This document shows positions 21,020 through 30,805 of a stretch of 64,000 nucleotides of DNA, piece after piece. The notes under the pieces are model-generated. The model had not been told where the DNA came from, did not search any database, and saw nothing but the letters and a program-made list of their open reading frames with translations. This DNA is from Thiopseudomonas sp. (GTDB taxonomy: Bacteria > Pseudomonadota > Gammaproteobacteria > Pseudomonadales > Pseudomonadaceae). The translations under genes were made by a program, and so were the position numbers. The first letter of the stretch is position 1; the number at the start of each line of letters is the position of its first letter. The stretch covers positions 14,886 through 78,885 of the forward strand of contig DATERS010000159.1 of NCBI GenBank assembly GCA_035271365.1, written 5' to 3'.

Positions 21020-22585
21020 ATGATCTCGGAATCTCTTATTGAACTGTCCCGCTTTCAATTTGCGATGACAGCAATGTATCACTTTATTTTTGTACCTTTG
21101 ACTATTGGTCTGGCATTCTTGCTGGCCATTATGGAGTCAGTCTATGTCTTAACAGGCAAAGAAGTGTACAAAGACATGGTGCTTTTCTGGGGTAAACTCT
21201 TTGGTATTAACTTTGCCATTGGTGTTGCCACAGGTTTGACCATGGAGTTCCAATTCGGTACGAACTGGTCGTACTACAGTCACTATGTTGGTGACGTTTT
21301 CGGTGCGCCTTTAGCCATTGAAGGCCTAATGGCGTTCTTCCTAGAATCAACCTTTATCGGTTTGTTCTTCTTTGGTTGGGATCGCCTCAGCAAACGCCAG
21401 CACTTAGCTGTGACGTGGTTAGTAGCCATTGGTTCAAACTTATCAGCACTGTGGATTCTGGTCGCTAACGCTTGGATGCAAAACCCAGTCGGTGCGGAAT
21501 TTAACTATGAAACAATGCGTATGGAAGTCACCGACTTTGCTGCATTGATCTTCAACCCAGTTGCACAAGTTAAATTCGTTCACACTGTTGCTGCAGGCTA
21601 TGTAACCGGTTCAATCTTTGTTTTAGCAATCTCTAGCTGGTACTTACTGAAAAAACGTGACATGGGCTTCGCTCGTCGTTCGTTTGCGATTGCATCAGCA
21701 TTTGGTACCGCCGCAATTCTCTCAGTTATTATTCTGGGTGATGAGTCAGGCTATGAGATTGGTGACGTACAGAAAACCAAACTCGCCGCTATTGAAGCTG
21801 AGTGGCATACAGAAGAAGCACCTGCTGCCTTTACTTTGATTGGTTTGCCTAACATGGAAACCCAGACAACGGACTACGCAATTAAAATCCCATACGCTAT
21901 GGGTATTATTGCAACACGCTCGTTGGATACTGAAGTACTGGGTATCAAAGATTTAATTGCTCAGCATGAAGTGCGTATCCGTAACGGTATTATTGCCAGT
22001 GAGCGTTTAAAAACATTGCGTTCAGGTGACAATACGCCTGAAAACATCGCTTTGTTTGACGAAGTTAAAGCAGACCTTGGTTATGGCTTACTACTGAAAC
22101 GCTATACAGAAAATATTTCTGAAGCGACTGAAGAGCAAATCAAACAAGCTGCAGCAGATACGATTCCACACGTACCTAGCCTATTCTGGGCATTCCGTAT
22201 CATGGTCGGTGCTGGTTTCTTAATGTTGGTTCTGTTTGGCTTAGCGTTCTGGGCATCTACACGACACAACCAAGAACACAAGCCTTGGTTGCTTAAGTTT
22301 GCTCTGTTGAGCTTGCCGTTGCCTTGGGTCGGTGTACAAACAGGTTGGTATGTTGCTGAAATGGGTCGTCAGCCCTGGTCCATTGGTGAAGTACTGCCAA
22401 CGTTCCTGTCTGCCTCATCACTTTCCGTAGCAGATGTTTGGGGTTCGATTATAGCAATCGCCGCGATTTACACTGTGTTAATTATCATTGAAATGTTCTT
22501 AATGATTCGTTTTGCGCGTAAGGGTCCAAGCTGCTTGCACACAGGCCGCTACCACTTCGAACAAAACACAACTAAGAACGTATAG
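21020..22585 (+). CDS. cydA: cytochrome bd-I ubiquinol oxidase subunit I (long Q-loop type)
   Basis: Starts [22 protein letters not shown]. The Q-loop is close to E. coli CydA ([23 protein letters not shown]) and the GRQPW motif is present. The ORF-track start at 20975 is an upstream TTG. Confidence 0.95.
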   Translation: MISESLIELSRFQFAMTAMYHFIFVPLTIGLAFLLAIMESVYVLTGKEVYKDMVLFWGKLFGINFAIGVATGLTMEFQFGTNWSYYSHYVGDVFGAPLAIEGLMAFFLESTFIGLFFFGWDRLSKRQHLAVTWLVAIGSNLSALWILVANAWMQNPVGAEFNYETMRMEVTDFAALIFNPVAQVKFVHTVAAGYVTGSIFVLAISSWYLLKKRDMGFARRSFAIASAFGTAAILSVIILGDESGYEIGDVQKTKLAAIEAEWHTEEAPAAFTLIGLPNMETQTTDYAIKIPYAMGIIATRSLDTEVLGIKDLIAQHEVRIRNGIIASERLKTLRSGDNTPENIALFDEVKADLGYGLLLKRYTENISEATEEQIKQAAADTIPHVPSLFWAFRIMVGAGFLMLVLFGLAFWASTRHNQEHKPWLLKFALLSLPLPWVGVQTGWYVAEMGRQPWSIGEVLPTFLSASSLSVADVWGSIIAIAAIYTVLIIIEMFLMIRFARKGPSCLHTGRYHFEQNTTKNV

Positions 22586-22596
22586 GGAGTGACGAA

Positions 22597-23736
22597 ATGT
22601 TTGATTACGAAACTCTAAAAATCATCTGGTGGGTACTGGTTGGCGTCTTGCTAATTGGTTTTGCCTTAACTGATGGCTTTGACTTAGGTACAGTAATTTT
22701 ATTGCCTTTCGTTGGCAAGACAGACAGTGAGCGCCGTGTGGTGATTAACACCATTGCGCCACACTGGGACGGTAACCAAGTTTGGTTAGTGACCGCAGCC
22801 GGCGCCTTATTTGCCGCTTGGCCCGTGGTCTATGCCGCGTCTTTCTCAGGCTTTTACTGGGCGATGTTACTGGTACTGTTTGCACTATTCACACGCCCTG
22901 TCGGTTTTGACTACCGCAGTAAGATCGATAACGCTAACTGGCGTACACGCTGGGACTGGACACTCTGTGTAGGTAGCTTTGTACCTTCATTGGTGTTTGG
23001 TGTTGCCTTTGGTAACCTGTTCCTCGGCGTACCCTTTATGCTTGATGAAACCATGCGTATCAGCTACACCGGTAATTTCTTCGGTCTGTTGAATCCGTTT
23101 GGTATCTTGGCTGGTTTAGTCAGTGTCGCAATGCTGACTACACACGGTGCAACCTGGTTGATGATGCGTACTGATGAGCAGGTTTTTGATCGCTCACGTG
23201 CTGCTGCTAAGTTCTTCTCAATTGCATTCCTAGTCACCTTTATCGGTGCGGGCTTGTGGTTGTGGGTAGGCATTGACGGCTACACAGTTGCATCAGTGAT
23301 TGATTTTAACGGTGCTATTGATCCATTAGGTAAAGTTGTTGAGCGCAATAACCCTGGCTGGTTAGCGAACTATTCAACCTACCCAATCATGATCTTAGGT
23401 CCGATTATTGGTATTGCTGGTGGTGTATTGGCTCTATTGGGTGCAGCAAGTAGTCGTTCTGCTGTAGCGTTCTTAGGTTCGTCACTGGCGATTACCGGTG
23501 CTATCTGTACTGCGGGTTTTGCACTGTTCCCATTCCTGATGCCATCCAGCATTGATCCAGCATCAAGCTTAACCATGTGGGACGCTGTATCCAGCCATAA
23601 AACCTTAGGTATTATGTTTATTGCAGCGGCAATCTTTGTTCCAATTATTTTGGCGTACACCTTATGGAGTTACATCAAAATGTGGGGCACTGTTAAAGTC
23701 TCAGATATTGAAGATAACCCGCACGGCCTCTATTAA
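22597..23736 (+). CDS. cydB: cytochrome bd-I ubiquinol oxidase subunit II
   Basis: 379-aa polytopic protein directly after cydA. Confidence 0.95.
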   Translation: MFDYETLKIIWWVLVGVLLIGFALTDGFDLGTVILLPFVGKTDSERRVVINTIAPHWDGNQVWLVTAAGALFAAWPVVYAASFSGFYWAMLLVLFALFTRPVGFDYRSKIDNANWRTRWDWTLCVGSFVPSLVFGVAFGNLFLGVPFMLDETMRISYTGNFFGLLNPFGILAGLVSVAMLTTHGATWLMMRTDEQVFDRSRAAAKFFSIAFLVTFIGAGLWLWVGIDGYTVASVIDFNGAIDPLGKVVERNNPGWLANYSTYPIMILGPIIGIAGGVLALLGAASSRSAVAFLGSSLAITGAICTAGFALFPFLMPSSIDPASSLTMWDAVSSHKTLGIMFIAAAIFVPIILAYTLWSYIKMWGTVKVSDIEDNPHGLY

Positions 23737-23855
23737 TAGATGCCAAATCAGCGGTGCGAGCTAACAAACCCGCACCGCTTATAAGCCAAGATGCTAACGC
23801 TAAGGCTTACCTGAAGCGGCTACACTGCTTCACCAAATGATTTAAGGGGTGTTTT

Positions 23856-23972
23856 ATGTGGTATTTCACTTGGATTTTAGGCGTACTATTAGCTTGCAGC
23901 ATGGCCATTATTAATGCGCTATGGTTAGAAAGATCATTCGATCTTGATGCCGACAGCGAGCCAAAGAAGTAA
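23856..23972 (+). CDS. cydX: cytochrome bd-I oxidase small subunit CydX (absent from the ORF track because it is under 60 aa)
   Basis: Own translation gives MWYFTWILGVLLACSMAIINALWLERSFDLDADSEPKK (38 aa). The SD AAGGGG lies 7 nt upstream, and a terminator follows the gene. Confidence 0.85.
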   Translation: MWYFTWILGVLLACSMAIINALWLERSFDLDADSEPKK

Positions 23973-23984
23973 ATAATACGCAAT

Positions 23985-24022
23985 AAAAAAAGCCGTTACT
24001 TTTATAAGTAACGGCTTTTTTG
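23985..24022. terminator. bidirectional rho-independent terminator between cydX and the convergent ldt gene
   Basis: AAAAAA-AGCCGTTACTT-TTAT-AAGTAACGGCT-TTTTTT. Confidence 0.9.
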
Positions 24023-24044
24023 TTTCAGTCACACTGATGTCTAT

Positions 24045-25751
24045 TTAACGTTGTACAGCCTTCAGTGCTGTAGCAATCTTCGCATCATGACCATAACTGT
24101 CACTACGGAAACGTAAGCGATTATCCATATCCACTTCAACCGTCCAGTACGCTAGGAGTACAGGGATGGGTTTCGGTAAATTAACATTACGTGTTTTTCC
24201 GCTGTTCTGAATTTGTACAATCCGCTCGCGCTCTTCATCTGTCGCATCAAACAACAATTGATCAACCAGCTTTTGTGCGTCTTCAACGCGTACACATCCT
24301 GAACTGACTGTCCGTGTAGAGCGGCCAAAGAGATGCTGGCTGGGCGTATCGTGCAAGTACACAGTAAATGGATTGGCAAAACGAATTGCAACAAGACCCA
24401 GTGCATTCTGTGGTCCTGGGCCTTGGCGCAGCATAATGCCTGATGGCGCCTGCCAATTAATGCTATGCGGATTGAGCACATTGCCTTGGTAATCCAGCAC
24501 ACTCATATTCGTGCGCGCTAAATAACCAATATCACGGCGAATAGCAGGGATTTTATCTTCGCGCAAAATAGTTGGCGGCACAGTCCAAGTTGGATTGATG
24601 GTTAAATGGGTAATACGCGACTTCAACAACGGGGTTTGTCGACGCACTGTGCCCACTTGAGTGCGTGTGCGCCAGACGATATGGCCATCACGAAAATACA
24701 ATAAACGAGCGCCAGCAATATCAACAACCAACATAGTTGGCTCCAACTGCTTATCCAGCCAACGAAAACGCTCCAAGTTAACTCGCACTTGCTGCAGACG
24801 TTGCTCAGGACTGATATTTAACTCACGCAGCGTGGCGGGTCCAACAATGCCATCATCTTCTAAATAATGATCTTGTTGGAAAAACTTAACCGCAGTCGCA
24901 AGTGCCTCAGTGTAAAGCAGCGGATCAACAATCATGTTTGCTGTATCAACTGAGCTGTCTAGCATATCTGCGATTTCTGCAACATCTAAAGCCTGAGTAA
25001 CATCTTCTACCTCGACCGCAGTTGCCTCAAGATACCCAGACAAACGCAAGCGTTCTTCTAGGCGCGGCACCCGTACATCCCGATCCCCCACACGCAGCGA
25101 CTTGCCCTCAACAGGCACTGTCCCCCACTCTGCTTGAGCCAGCACGTCGTTACTTTTTAAAATCTCGCGCAACGCCTGATAGCTTTGGTGCTTAGGCCGC
25201 ACCTGAGCAAAACTGTGCGCCAAACCATTGAGGCCAACCACTGCAGTCTCTACAATTGAACTGCGCACAGGCTGCTTGACCGCCTCTTCGTACCAATACG
25301 GCTCAACAACTTCAGGATCAAGAACACCATCACGTAAGTGCTGCAGTGCTTGCAGGTAACCATGACTGATCAGCAGTTCATTGCAATAGTGTGCAGACTG
25401 AGAGGCTGGCTGCCCATAAGTCGTCAGACGGTGCAATTGATACATTGTGGGCTCTAAACCGTCATAGCGAGTATCCAGCAGCAGCTCTGCAAGCTGTTGA
25501 CGCTGGGCGGCATCCTGCCACAGCGGCGTATTGCCAACGGCCTGATAGAATGCTTGTAGTCGCTTAATCGACTGATCCGACAAACGGTCAATTGTTGATT
25601 GCGCGCAGGCTTGTGGCAACGCACTCAGCGTTTCAGTCAGTGTTTGCGCGCTGTTACTCGGTTGCGCCCAACTGAATGTACTGTGTGTAATGCCAATAAT
25701 GGCTAAAGCCAACCAGGTATGTTTTTTCAGCAAAGGTTTGGATCCATTCAA
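24045..25751 (-). CDS. L,D-transpeptidase family protein (YcbB/LdtD-like, with peptidoglycan-binding domain)
   Basis: 568 aa with a signal peptide, a PG_binding_1-like segment (FQQDHYLEDDGIVGPATLRELN) and the YkuD catalytic motif SSGCVRV. Confidence 0.85.
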   Translation of the reverse strand: MNGSKPLLKKHTWLALAIIGITHSTFSWAQPSNSAQTLTETLSALPQACAQSTIDRLSDQSIKRLQAFYQAVGNTPLWQDAAQRQQLAELLLDTRYDGLEPTMYQLHRLTTYGQPASQSAHYCNELLISHGYLQALQHLRDGVLDPEVVEPYWYEEAVKQPVRSSIVETAVVGLNGLAHSFAQVRPKHQSYQALREILKSNDVLAQAEWGTVPVEGKSLRVGDRDVRVPRLEERLRLSGYLEATAVEVEDVTQALDVAEIADMLDSSVDTANMIVDPLLYTEALATAVKFFQQDHYLEDDGIVGPATLRELNISPEQRLQQVRVNLERFRWLDKQLEPTMLVVDIAGARLLYFRDGHIVWRTRTQVGTVRRQTPLLKSRITHLTINPTWTVPPTILREDKIPAIRRDIGYLARTNMSVLDYQGNVLNPHSINWQAPSGIMLRQGPGPQNALGLVAIRFANPFTVYLHDTPSQHLFGRSTRTVSSGCVRVEDAQKLVDQLLFDATDEERERIVQIQNSGKTRNVNLPKPIPVLLAYWTVEVDMDNRLRFRSDSYGHDAKIATALKAVQR

Positions 25752-25914
25752 TGGGCTGGTAAGATGTGCGACCTAAATGCGCATCGCATTAGATAGACGC
25801 CTATAATGCACGTTGTATCACAATTATAAATACAGCACAGACACATGTGCAGTGATGAACTCTAGCCCGATGTTTTTTACTTAGCACTCAATGTGCCAAA
25901 ACGAGACTATTTAT

Positions 25915-26634
25915 ATGCTTCGTCCTTTTTTAATCCGTACTTTTTTTCTAGCGGCTGCCAGTCTTTCTGCACTTTCAGCAACCGCCGCAACACTTCCCAC
26001 CCAGCTCAGTAACGCTCTTAAAAACGCCGCCCCATCGCTGGATATGAAGGTTCTATCCACGGCACTCAGCGCGATGCAATGCGCCCTCAATAACGGTGCC
26101 GAACCCGCAAAACGTTTAGCGGTGATTGACTTCTCTTTGCCTTCAAGTGAAAAACGTCTGTGGATTTTCGATCTGCACAGCAAAAAACTTGTACTCAATG
26201 ATTTTGTTGCTCACGGTAACCGCTCTGGCGATAACTTTGCCACCAGTTTTTCCAATACCAACGGCAGTCATCAATCCAGCATTGGCTTATTCCGTACCTC
26301 TGAAAGCTACCAAGGTAAACATGGCTATTCATTGCGTATGGACGGTTTAGAGCCTGGTTTTAATGATCGCGCTCGTGAACGTGCAATCGTTATTCACCCT
26401 GCTGATTATGTCAATCCAGACTGGATTAAAAGCCAAGGTCGCATTGGTCGCAGCCAAGGTTGCCCAGCAGTACGCCCAGAAATTGCCCGCACCGTAATTG
26501 ATAAACTCAAAGGCGGTCAGTTTATGTTTTCTTGGTACCCTGATCAGCAGTGGTTACAAAGCTCGATTTACTTAAACTGCCGCACCCAACAAGTGGCCAG
26601 TCGTAGCAGTAGCAAAAACGCTGACGGTAGTTAA
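25915..26634 (+). CDS. murein L,D-transpeptidase catalytic-domain family protein (YkuD_2-like)
   Basis: Signal peptide MLRPFLIRTFFLAAASLSALSATAA and the motif GRIGRSQGCPAV. The start is trimmed from 25891. Confidence 0.75.
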   Translation: MLRPFLIRTFFLAAASLSALSATAATLPTQLSNALKNAAPSLDMKVLSTALSAMQCALNNGAEPAKRLAVIDFSLPSSEKRLWIFDLHSKKLVLNDFVAHGNRSGDNFATSFSNTNGSHQSSIGLFRTSESYQGKHGYSLRMDGLEPGFNDRARERAIVIHPADYVNPDWIKSQGRIGRSQGCPAVRPEIARTVIDKLKGGQFMFSWYPDQQWLQSSIYLNCRTQQVASRSSSKNADGS

Positions 26635-26653
26635 TATACAACTCAAACGATGA

Positions 26654-27841
26654 TTAAGGTGAGCTGATGCCTAAAAAAGCAATCAGCTCATCTTTTTTAC
26701 TCATTGCATCTTGGTAGCCTAACTCGATTAACTCATTGCAATAGCCACGCTCAAACAACAAATAGCTCAACACTCCGCCACCACTGGCACGCATAGCGCC
26801 AGGCCCACGTAAAAATAAACGCAATGATGCTGGTAACTGATGTCGATGACGCGCAGCAATATCATCAATCTTTTTACTCGGGGCAATCACCAGAACATCC
26901 ACAGGTGACAGACCTAAGTGCTGCTTACGCTCAGCCTCTGGCAACATACTGCCAAACTTATTTAAGCGCCCCATCAATTCCAAGTCAGACTCTAAATTAT
27001 CAATAAACGTACTGTTTAATAAATGTCCGCCAATTTGCGCAAGGCTCGGTGGACGCGCAGTCATCGGGATGATTTGCTCTTCTTGCGTCTGACTGCGCAC
27101 ACCTATCACTAACACGCGCTGCGCACCTAAATGCAATGCGGGACTGATGGGCGCAGCTTGGCGCACCGCACCATCACCAAAGTATTCATGATCAACACGT
27201 ACCGGTGGAAACAACAAAGGAATCGCCGAACTGGCCATAAGATGGTCAATGCGTAAACGCGTTGGCACACCATGGCGACGATGGCGCTGCCAAGGCTCGA
27301 TATTGCCTCGCCCTTGATAAAACGTCACTGCTTGACCGGACTTATAAGCAAAGGCTGTTACCGCGACTGCGTGTAACTTACGGCGCGCTACAGCAAGATT
27401 AATACCTGAAAAATCCAACTCTTTAAGCAGTAATTCTCGCAAGGGGGAGTTATCTAATAAAGCCACAGGGTCTGCACCTCGACCAAAGCCGAGCAAATGC
27501 TGGGCGACAAAACGTCCCGCCTGACGCATCACCCCGATCCAGTCCGTGCGATAGACTAAATTCGTACTAAAACCCTGCCACACCGAAGTCAGCTTACGAA
27601 TGGACTGCTGAAAGTCGAGTGCACCACAGGCCAGACTCACCGCATTAATTGCGCCAGCCGAGGTGCCTACAATCACTGGAAAAGGGTTCTCTGCTGACTC
27701 AGGCAGTAGGTCAGCAATCGCCGCCAACACACCCACTTGATAGGCTGCACGCGCACCGCCACCGGATAAAATCAAACCTGTGATTGCTTTATTAGCATCC
27801 AGCGCCACGTCAGGTACAGAGGTTTGCTCTGTTTTTTTCAA
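26654..27841 (-). CDS. patatin-like phospholipase family protein (RssA-like)
   Basis: Contains the oxyanion motif GGGARAA, the GxSxG motif GTSAGA and the catalytic Asp motif DGAV. Confidence 0.85.
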   Translation of the reverse strand: MKKTEQTSVPDVALDANKAITGLILSGGGARAAYQVGVLAAIADLLPESAENPFPVIVGTSAGAINAVSLACGALDFQQSIRKLTSVWQGFSTNLVYRTDWIGVMRQAGRFVAQHLLGFGRGADPVALLDNSPLRELLLKELDFSGINLAVARRKLHAVAVTAFAYKSGQAVTFYQGRGNIEPWQRHRRHGVPTRLRIDHLMASSAIPLLFPPVRVDHEYFGDGAVRQAAPISPALHLGAQRVLVIGVRSQTQEEQIIPMTARPPSLAQIGGHLLNSTFIDNLESDLELMGRLNKFGSMLPEAERKQHLGLSPVDVLVIAPSKKIDDIAARHRHQLPASLRLFLRGPGAMRASGGGVLSYLLFERGYCNELIELGYQDAMSKKDELIAFLGISSP

Positions 27842-28758
27842 TACAACTTTGCCTCACCTTCAGGTCGAGTTTTAAAGCGGCGGTGCGCCCATAAATATTG
27901 TTCCGGGTGCTTTGCTATGGCGTTTTCAATCCACTGATTGATACGCAAGCAATCCTGCTCATCGGACTCACCCGGAAAGTTCTGCAAGGGCGGCTCAATT
28001 TTAATTAAATAACCTTGGCCATCGGCTAAACGAGTCTGCGTCATCGGAACCACCAGTGCACGACCTAATTTAGCAAATTTACTGGTCGCCGTTACTGTAG
28101 CAGCCGGTACACCAAACAGCGGTATAAACAGGCTCTGTTTAGGACCATAGTCTTGGTCAGGCGCATACCAAATAGCCCGTCCTTGGCGCAAAACTTTCAA
28201 CATACCGCGCACATCTTCGCGCTTAATCGCTTGAGCATCGGCATTATGACGCTCACGACCACGGCGCTGCACATAATCAAATACAGGATTCTTATGCGCA
28301 CGGTACATGCCATCAATCGTATGCTGTTGGCCTAATAAGGCCGCACCAATTTCCAGCGTAGTAAAGTGAATCGCCATTAAAATCACGCCCTGCTCTTGTG
28401 CTTGTGCCGCTTGCAGATGCTCTAAACCTTGTACTTGCACTAAAGCGCTTAAACGCTTTTTCGGCCACCACCAACTCATGGCCATCTCAAAAAAAGCAAT
28501 ACCGGTTGAGGCAAAGTTTTCACGGATAAGATGCTGACGCTCGGACTCACTGAGTTGAGGGAAACACAATTCAATATTACGGGTCACAATATGCCGACGA
28601 CTGCCTGCAAAGCGCAGCATCAAAGCACCTAAAACACGCCCCAAACGTAATAAAACCACATAAGGCAATTGTGTTAACAGCCACAAAAGCGCCAATCCGA
28701 ACCACAGCAACCAATAACGCGGATGCAAAAAAGCGATATCGAACTGTAAATTTTTCAT
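27838..28758 (-). CDS. lpxL: lipid A biosynthesis lauroyl (late) acyltransferase
   Basis: The N-terminus MKNLQFDIAFLHPRYW resembles LpxL/HtrB and an HX4E-type motif (HFTTLE) is present. The start is trimmed from 28809. Confidence 0.85.
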   Translation of the reverse strand: MKNLQFDIAFLHPRYWLLWFGLALLWLLTQLPYVVLLRLGRVLGALMLRFAGSRRHIVTRNIELCFPQLSESERQHLIRENFASTGIAFFEMAMSWWWPKKRLSALVQVQGLEHLQAAQAQEQGVILMAIHFTTLEIGAALLGQQHTIDGMYRAHKNPVFDYVQRRGRERHNADAQAIKREDVRGMLKVLRQGRAIWYAPDQDYGPKQSLFIPLFGVPAATVTATSKFAKLGRALVVPMTQTRLADGQGYLIKIEPPLQNFPGESDEQDCLRINQWIENAIAKHPEQYLWAHRRFKTRPEGEAKLY

Positions 28759-28871
28759 ACTCAAGATACCAAACAACGTAAAAATACGTATTCTACATGG
28801 CTTATTCATTTGCAGCCTGCCATGCTTAAGGATATAAACCTTTTAATTTTTAATATTGCATAGAGCTATCC

Positions 28872-29594
28872 ATGAACCACTTAGATCCTCTTGAGAAAGC
28901 GCCGGTCTTTCAACTTAAAGGCAGCATGCTAGCCCTTACGATTTTAGAACTTTCAGCTAATGATCCTGAGTGCCTCGATGCTCAACTGGCTGAAAAAGCA
29001 GAGCAAGCGCCACAATTTTTCCATGATGCCCCTATTGTTTTGGCCCTAGATAAGTGCGCGCCCAGTGTTGAACCTCTAGATATTGCACGGATACTTGCTG
29101 TCTGCCGCAAGCATGGCTTACAGCCCCTAGCTTTACGCACTGAAGACCCCGAACAGTTAGCGCAAGCCAAACTCTTGGATTTAGCCGTTATGCCGCCCAG
29201 CGGTGCACGTGAGCGCCCAATAGGTGTCACAGCCGCAGTCGAAGCGCCAGTTGAACCCAGCGGCATTCCTGCCAAGATCATTACGCACCCCGTGCGCAGT
29301 GGCCAACAAATTTATGCTAAAAATACAGACTTAATTGTGATGGCAGCCGTCAGCGCTGGTGCTGAACTGTTAGCCGATGGCAATATTCATGTATATGGCC
29401 CTTTACGCGGACGTGCCCTAGCAGGTATTAATGGCAATACGGATGCACGCATCTTCTGCCAACAACTGGGCGCGGAAATGCTATCTATAGCGGGGCAATA
29501 CAAGCTCGCAGAAGACTTACGACGCGACCCGTTATGGGGTAAAGCAACACAAACATGTCTAAATGATCAACACTTAGACATCTCTGCACTCTGA
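28872..29594 (+). CDS. minC: septum site-determining protein MinC
   Basis: 240 aa. The C-terminal beta-helix region contains GNIHVYGPLRGRALAG. It is followed by minD and minE. Confidence 0.93.
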   Translation: MNHLDPLEKAPVFQLKGSMLALTILELSANDPECLDAQLAEKAEQAPQFFHDAPIVLALDKCAPSVEPLDIARILAVCRKHGLQPLALRTEDPEQLAQAKLLDLAVMPPSGARERPIGVTAAVEAPVEPSGIPAKIITHPVRSGQQIYAKNTDLIVMAAVSAGAELLADGNIHVYGPLRGRALAGINGNTDARIFCQQLGAEMLSIAGQYKLAEDLRRDPLWGKATQTCLNDQHLDISAL

Positions 29595-29670
29595 CCTATA
29601 CCTTTGCCGTGACTAACACTTTATAATAGTCGCATCAACCACCCTTTACTCAATTCATAAGGTGATCCGC

Positions 29671-30486
29671 TTGTCTAAGATTCTCGTTGTAACATCAGGT
29701 AAAGGCGGCGTTGGTAAAACTACTACCAGCGCTGCAATCGGCACTGGCCTAGCATTACGTGGACACAGAACCGTTATTGTCGACTTTGACGTTGGCCTAC
29801 GTAACCTTGATTTAATCATGGGTTGCGAGCGCCGCGTGGTGTACGATTTCGTTAACGTAATCAATGGCGACGCCACCCTTAATCAAGCACTGATTAAAGA
29901 TAAGCGCTTAGAAAATTTATATATTTTAGCCGCCAGTCAAACCCGTGATAAAGATGCTCTGACCCTTGAAGGCGTAGAGAAAGTCCTCACTGAACTGGCA
30001 GAGCAATTTGAATTTGTGATTTGCGACTCACCGGCCGGTATTGAAAAAGGTGCGCACTTAGCGATGTACTTAGCTGACGCGGCTATTGTTGTGACCAACC
30101 CTGAAGTGTCATCAGTACGTGACTCAGACCGCATGTTGGGTTTACTGTCAAGTAAGTCCAAGCGCGCTGAAGAAGGTCGTGAGCCTATTAGTGAGCATTT
30201 ATTACTGACTCGTTACAGCCCTGAGCGTGTTGCTCGCGGTGAAATGCTCAGTGTTGAAGACGTTGAAGAAATCTTATCGATTCAAATGATCGGTGTGATT
30301 CCTGAGTCACAAGCGGTCCTGAAAGCATCCAACCAAGGTATACCGGTTATTTTAGACGACGAAAGTGATGCAGGCCAGGCATACAGCGATGCTGTTGATC
30401 GATTATTAGGTAAAGAGGTACCGCACCGCTTTCTGGATGTTCAGAAAAAAGGCTTCCTCCAGCGCATGTTCGGAGGTAAAGAGTGA
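29671..30486 (+). CDS. minD: septum site-determining ATPase MinD
   Basis: Deviant Walker A motif [11 protein letters not shown] prefer the TTG start at 29671, 6 nt after the SD AAGGTGA, giving (M)[12 protein letters not shown]. The in-frame GTG at 29662 is an alternative. Confidence 0.95.
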   Translation: MSKILVVTSGKGGVGKTTTSAAIGTGLALRGHRTVIVDFDVGLRNLDLIMGCERRVVYDFVNVINGDATLNQALIKDKRLENLYILAASQTRDKDALTLEGVEKVLTELAEQFEFVICDSPAGIEKGAHLAMYLADAAIVVTNPEVSSVRDSDRMLGLLSSKSKRAEEGREPISEHLLLTRYSPERVARGEMLSVEDVEEILSIQMIGVIPESQAVLKASNQGIPVILDDESDAGQAYSDAVDRLLGKEVPHRFLDVQKKGFLQRMFGGKE

Positions 30487-30737
30487 GCATTTTTGACTTT
30501 CTTAGAGTCCGTAAAAAAACACCCACGGCATCCATGGCCAAAGAGCGCTTACAGATCATTGTCGCCCACGAGCGCGGTCAACGTGATGAGCCTGACTATT
30601 TGCCAGCATTGCAAAAAGAACTGGTTGCTGTGATCAGTAAATATGTAAAAATTGATCAAGAGCATGTGCAAGTCGCCCTAGAAAACCAAGGTAGCTGTTC
30701 AATTTTAGAATTAAATATCACCCTGCCTGACCGCTAA
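30483..30737 (+). CDS. minE: cell division topological specificity factor MinE
   Basis: 84 aa. Its GTG start overlaps the minD stop as GTGA, and the SD GGAGG lies upstream. Confidence 0.93.
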   Translation: MSIFDFLRVRKKTPTASMAKERLQIIVAHERGQRDEPDYLPALQKELVAVISKYVKIDQEHVQVALENQGSCSILELNITLPDR

Positions 30738-30760
30738 ACTCAGGCTATCTAAGCAATAAC

Positions 30761-30792
30761 AATTTGGCGGCCACTGAGCCGCCAAATTTATG
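30761..30792 (+). terminator. rho-independent terminator after minE
   Basis: AATTTGGCGGC-CACTGA-GCCGCCAAATT, an 11-bp stem, followed by TATGTAT. It lies inside the ORF-track N-terminal extension of rluA. Confidence 0.65.
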
Positions 30793-30805
30793 TATAGAGA
30801 ATGTT

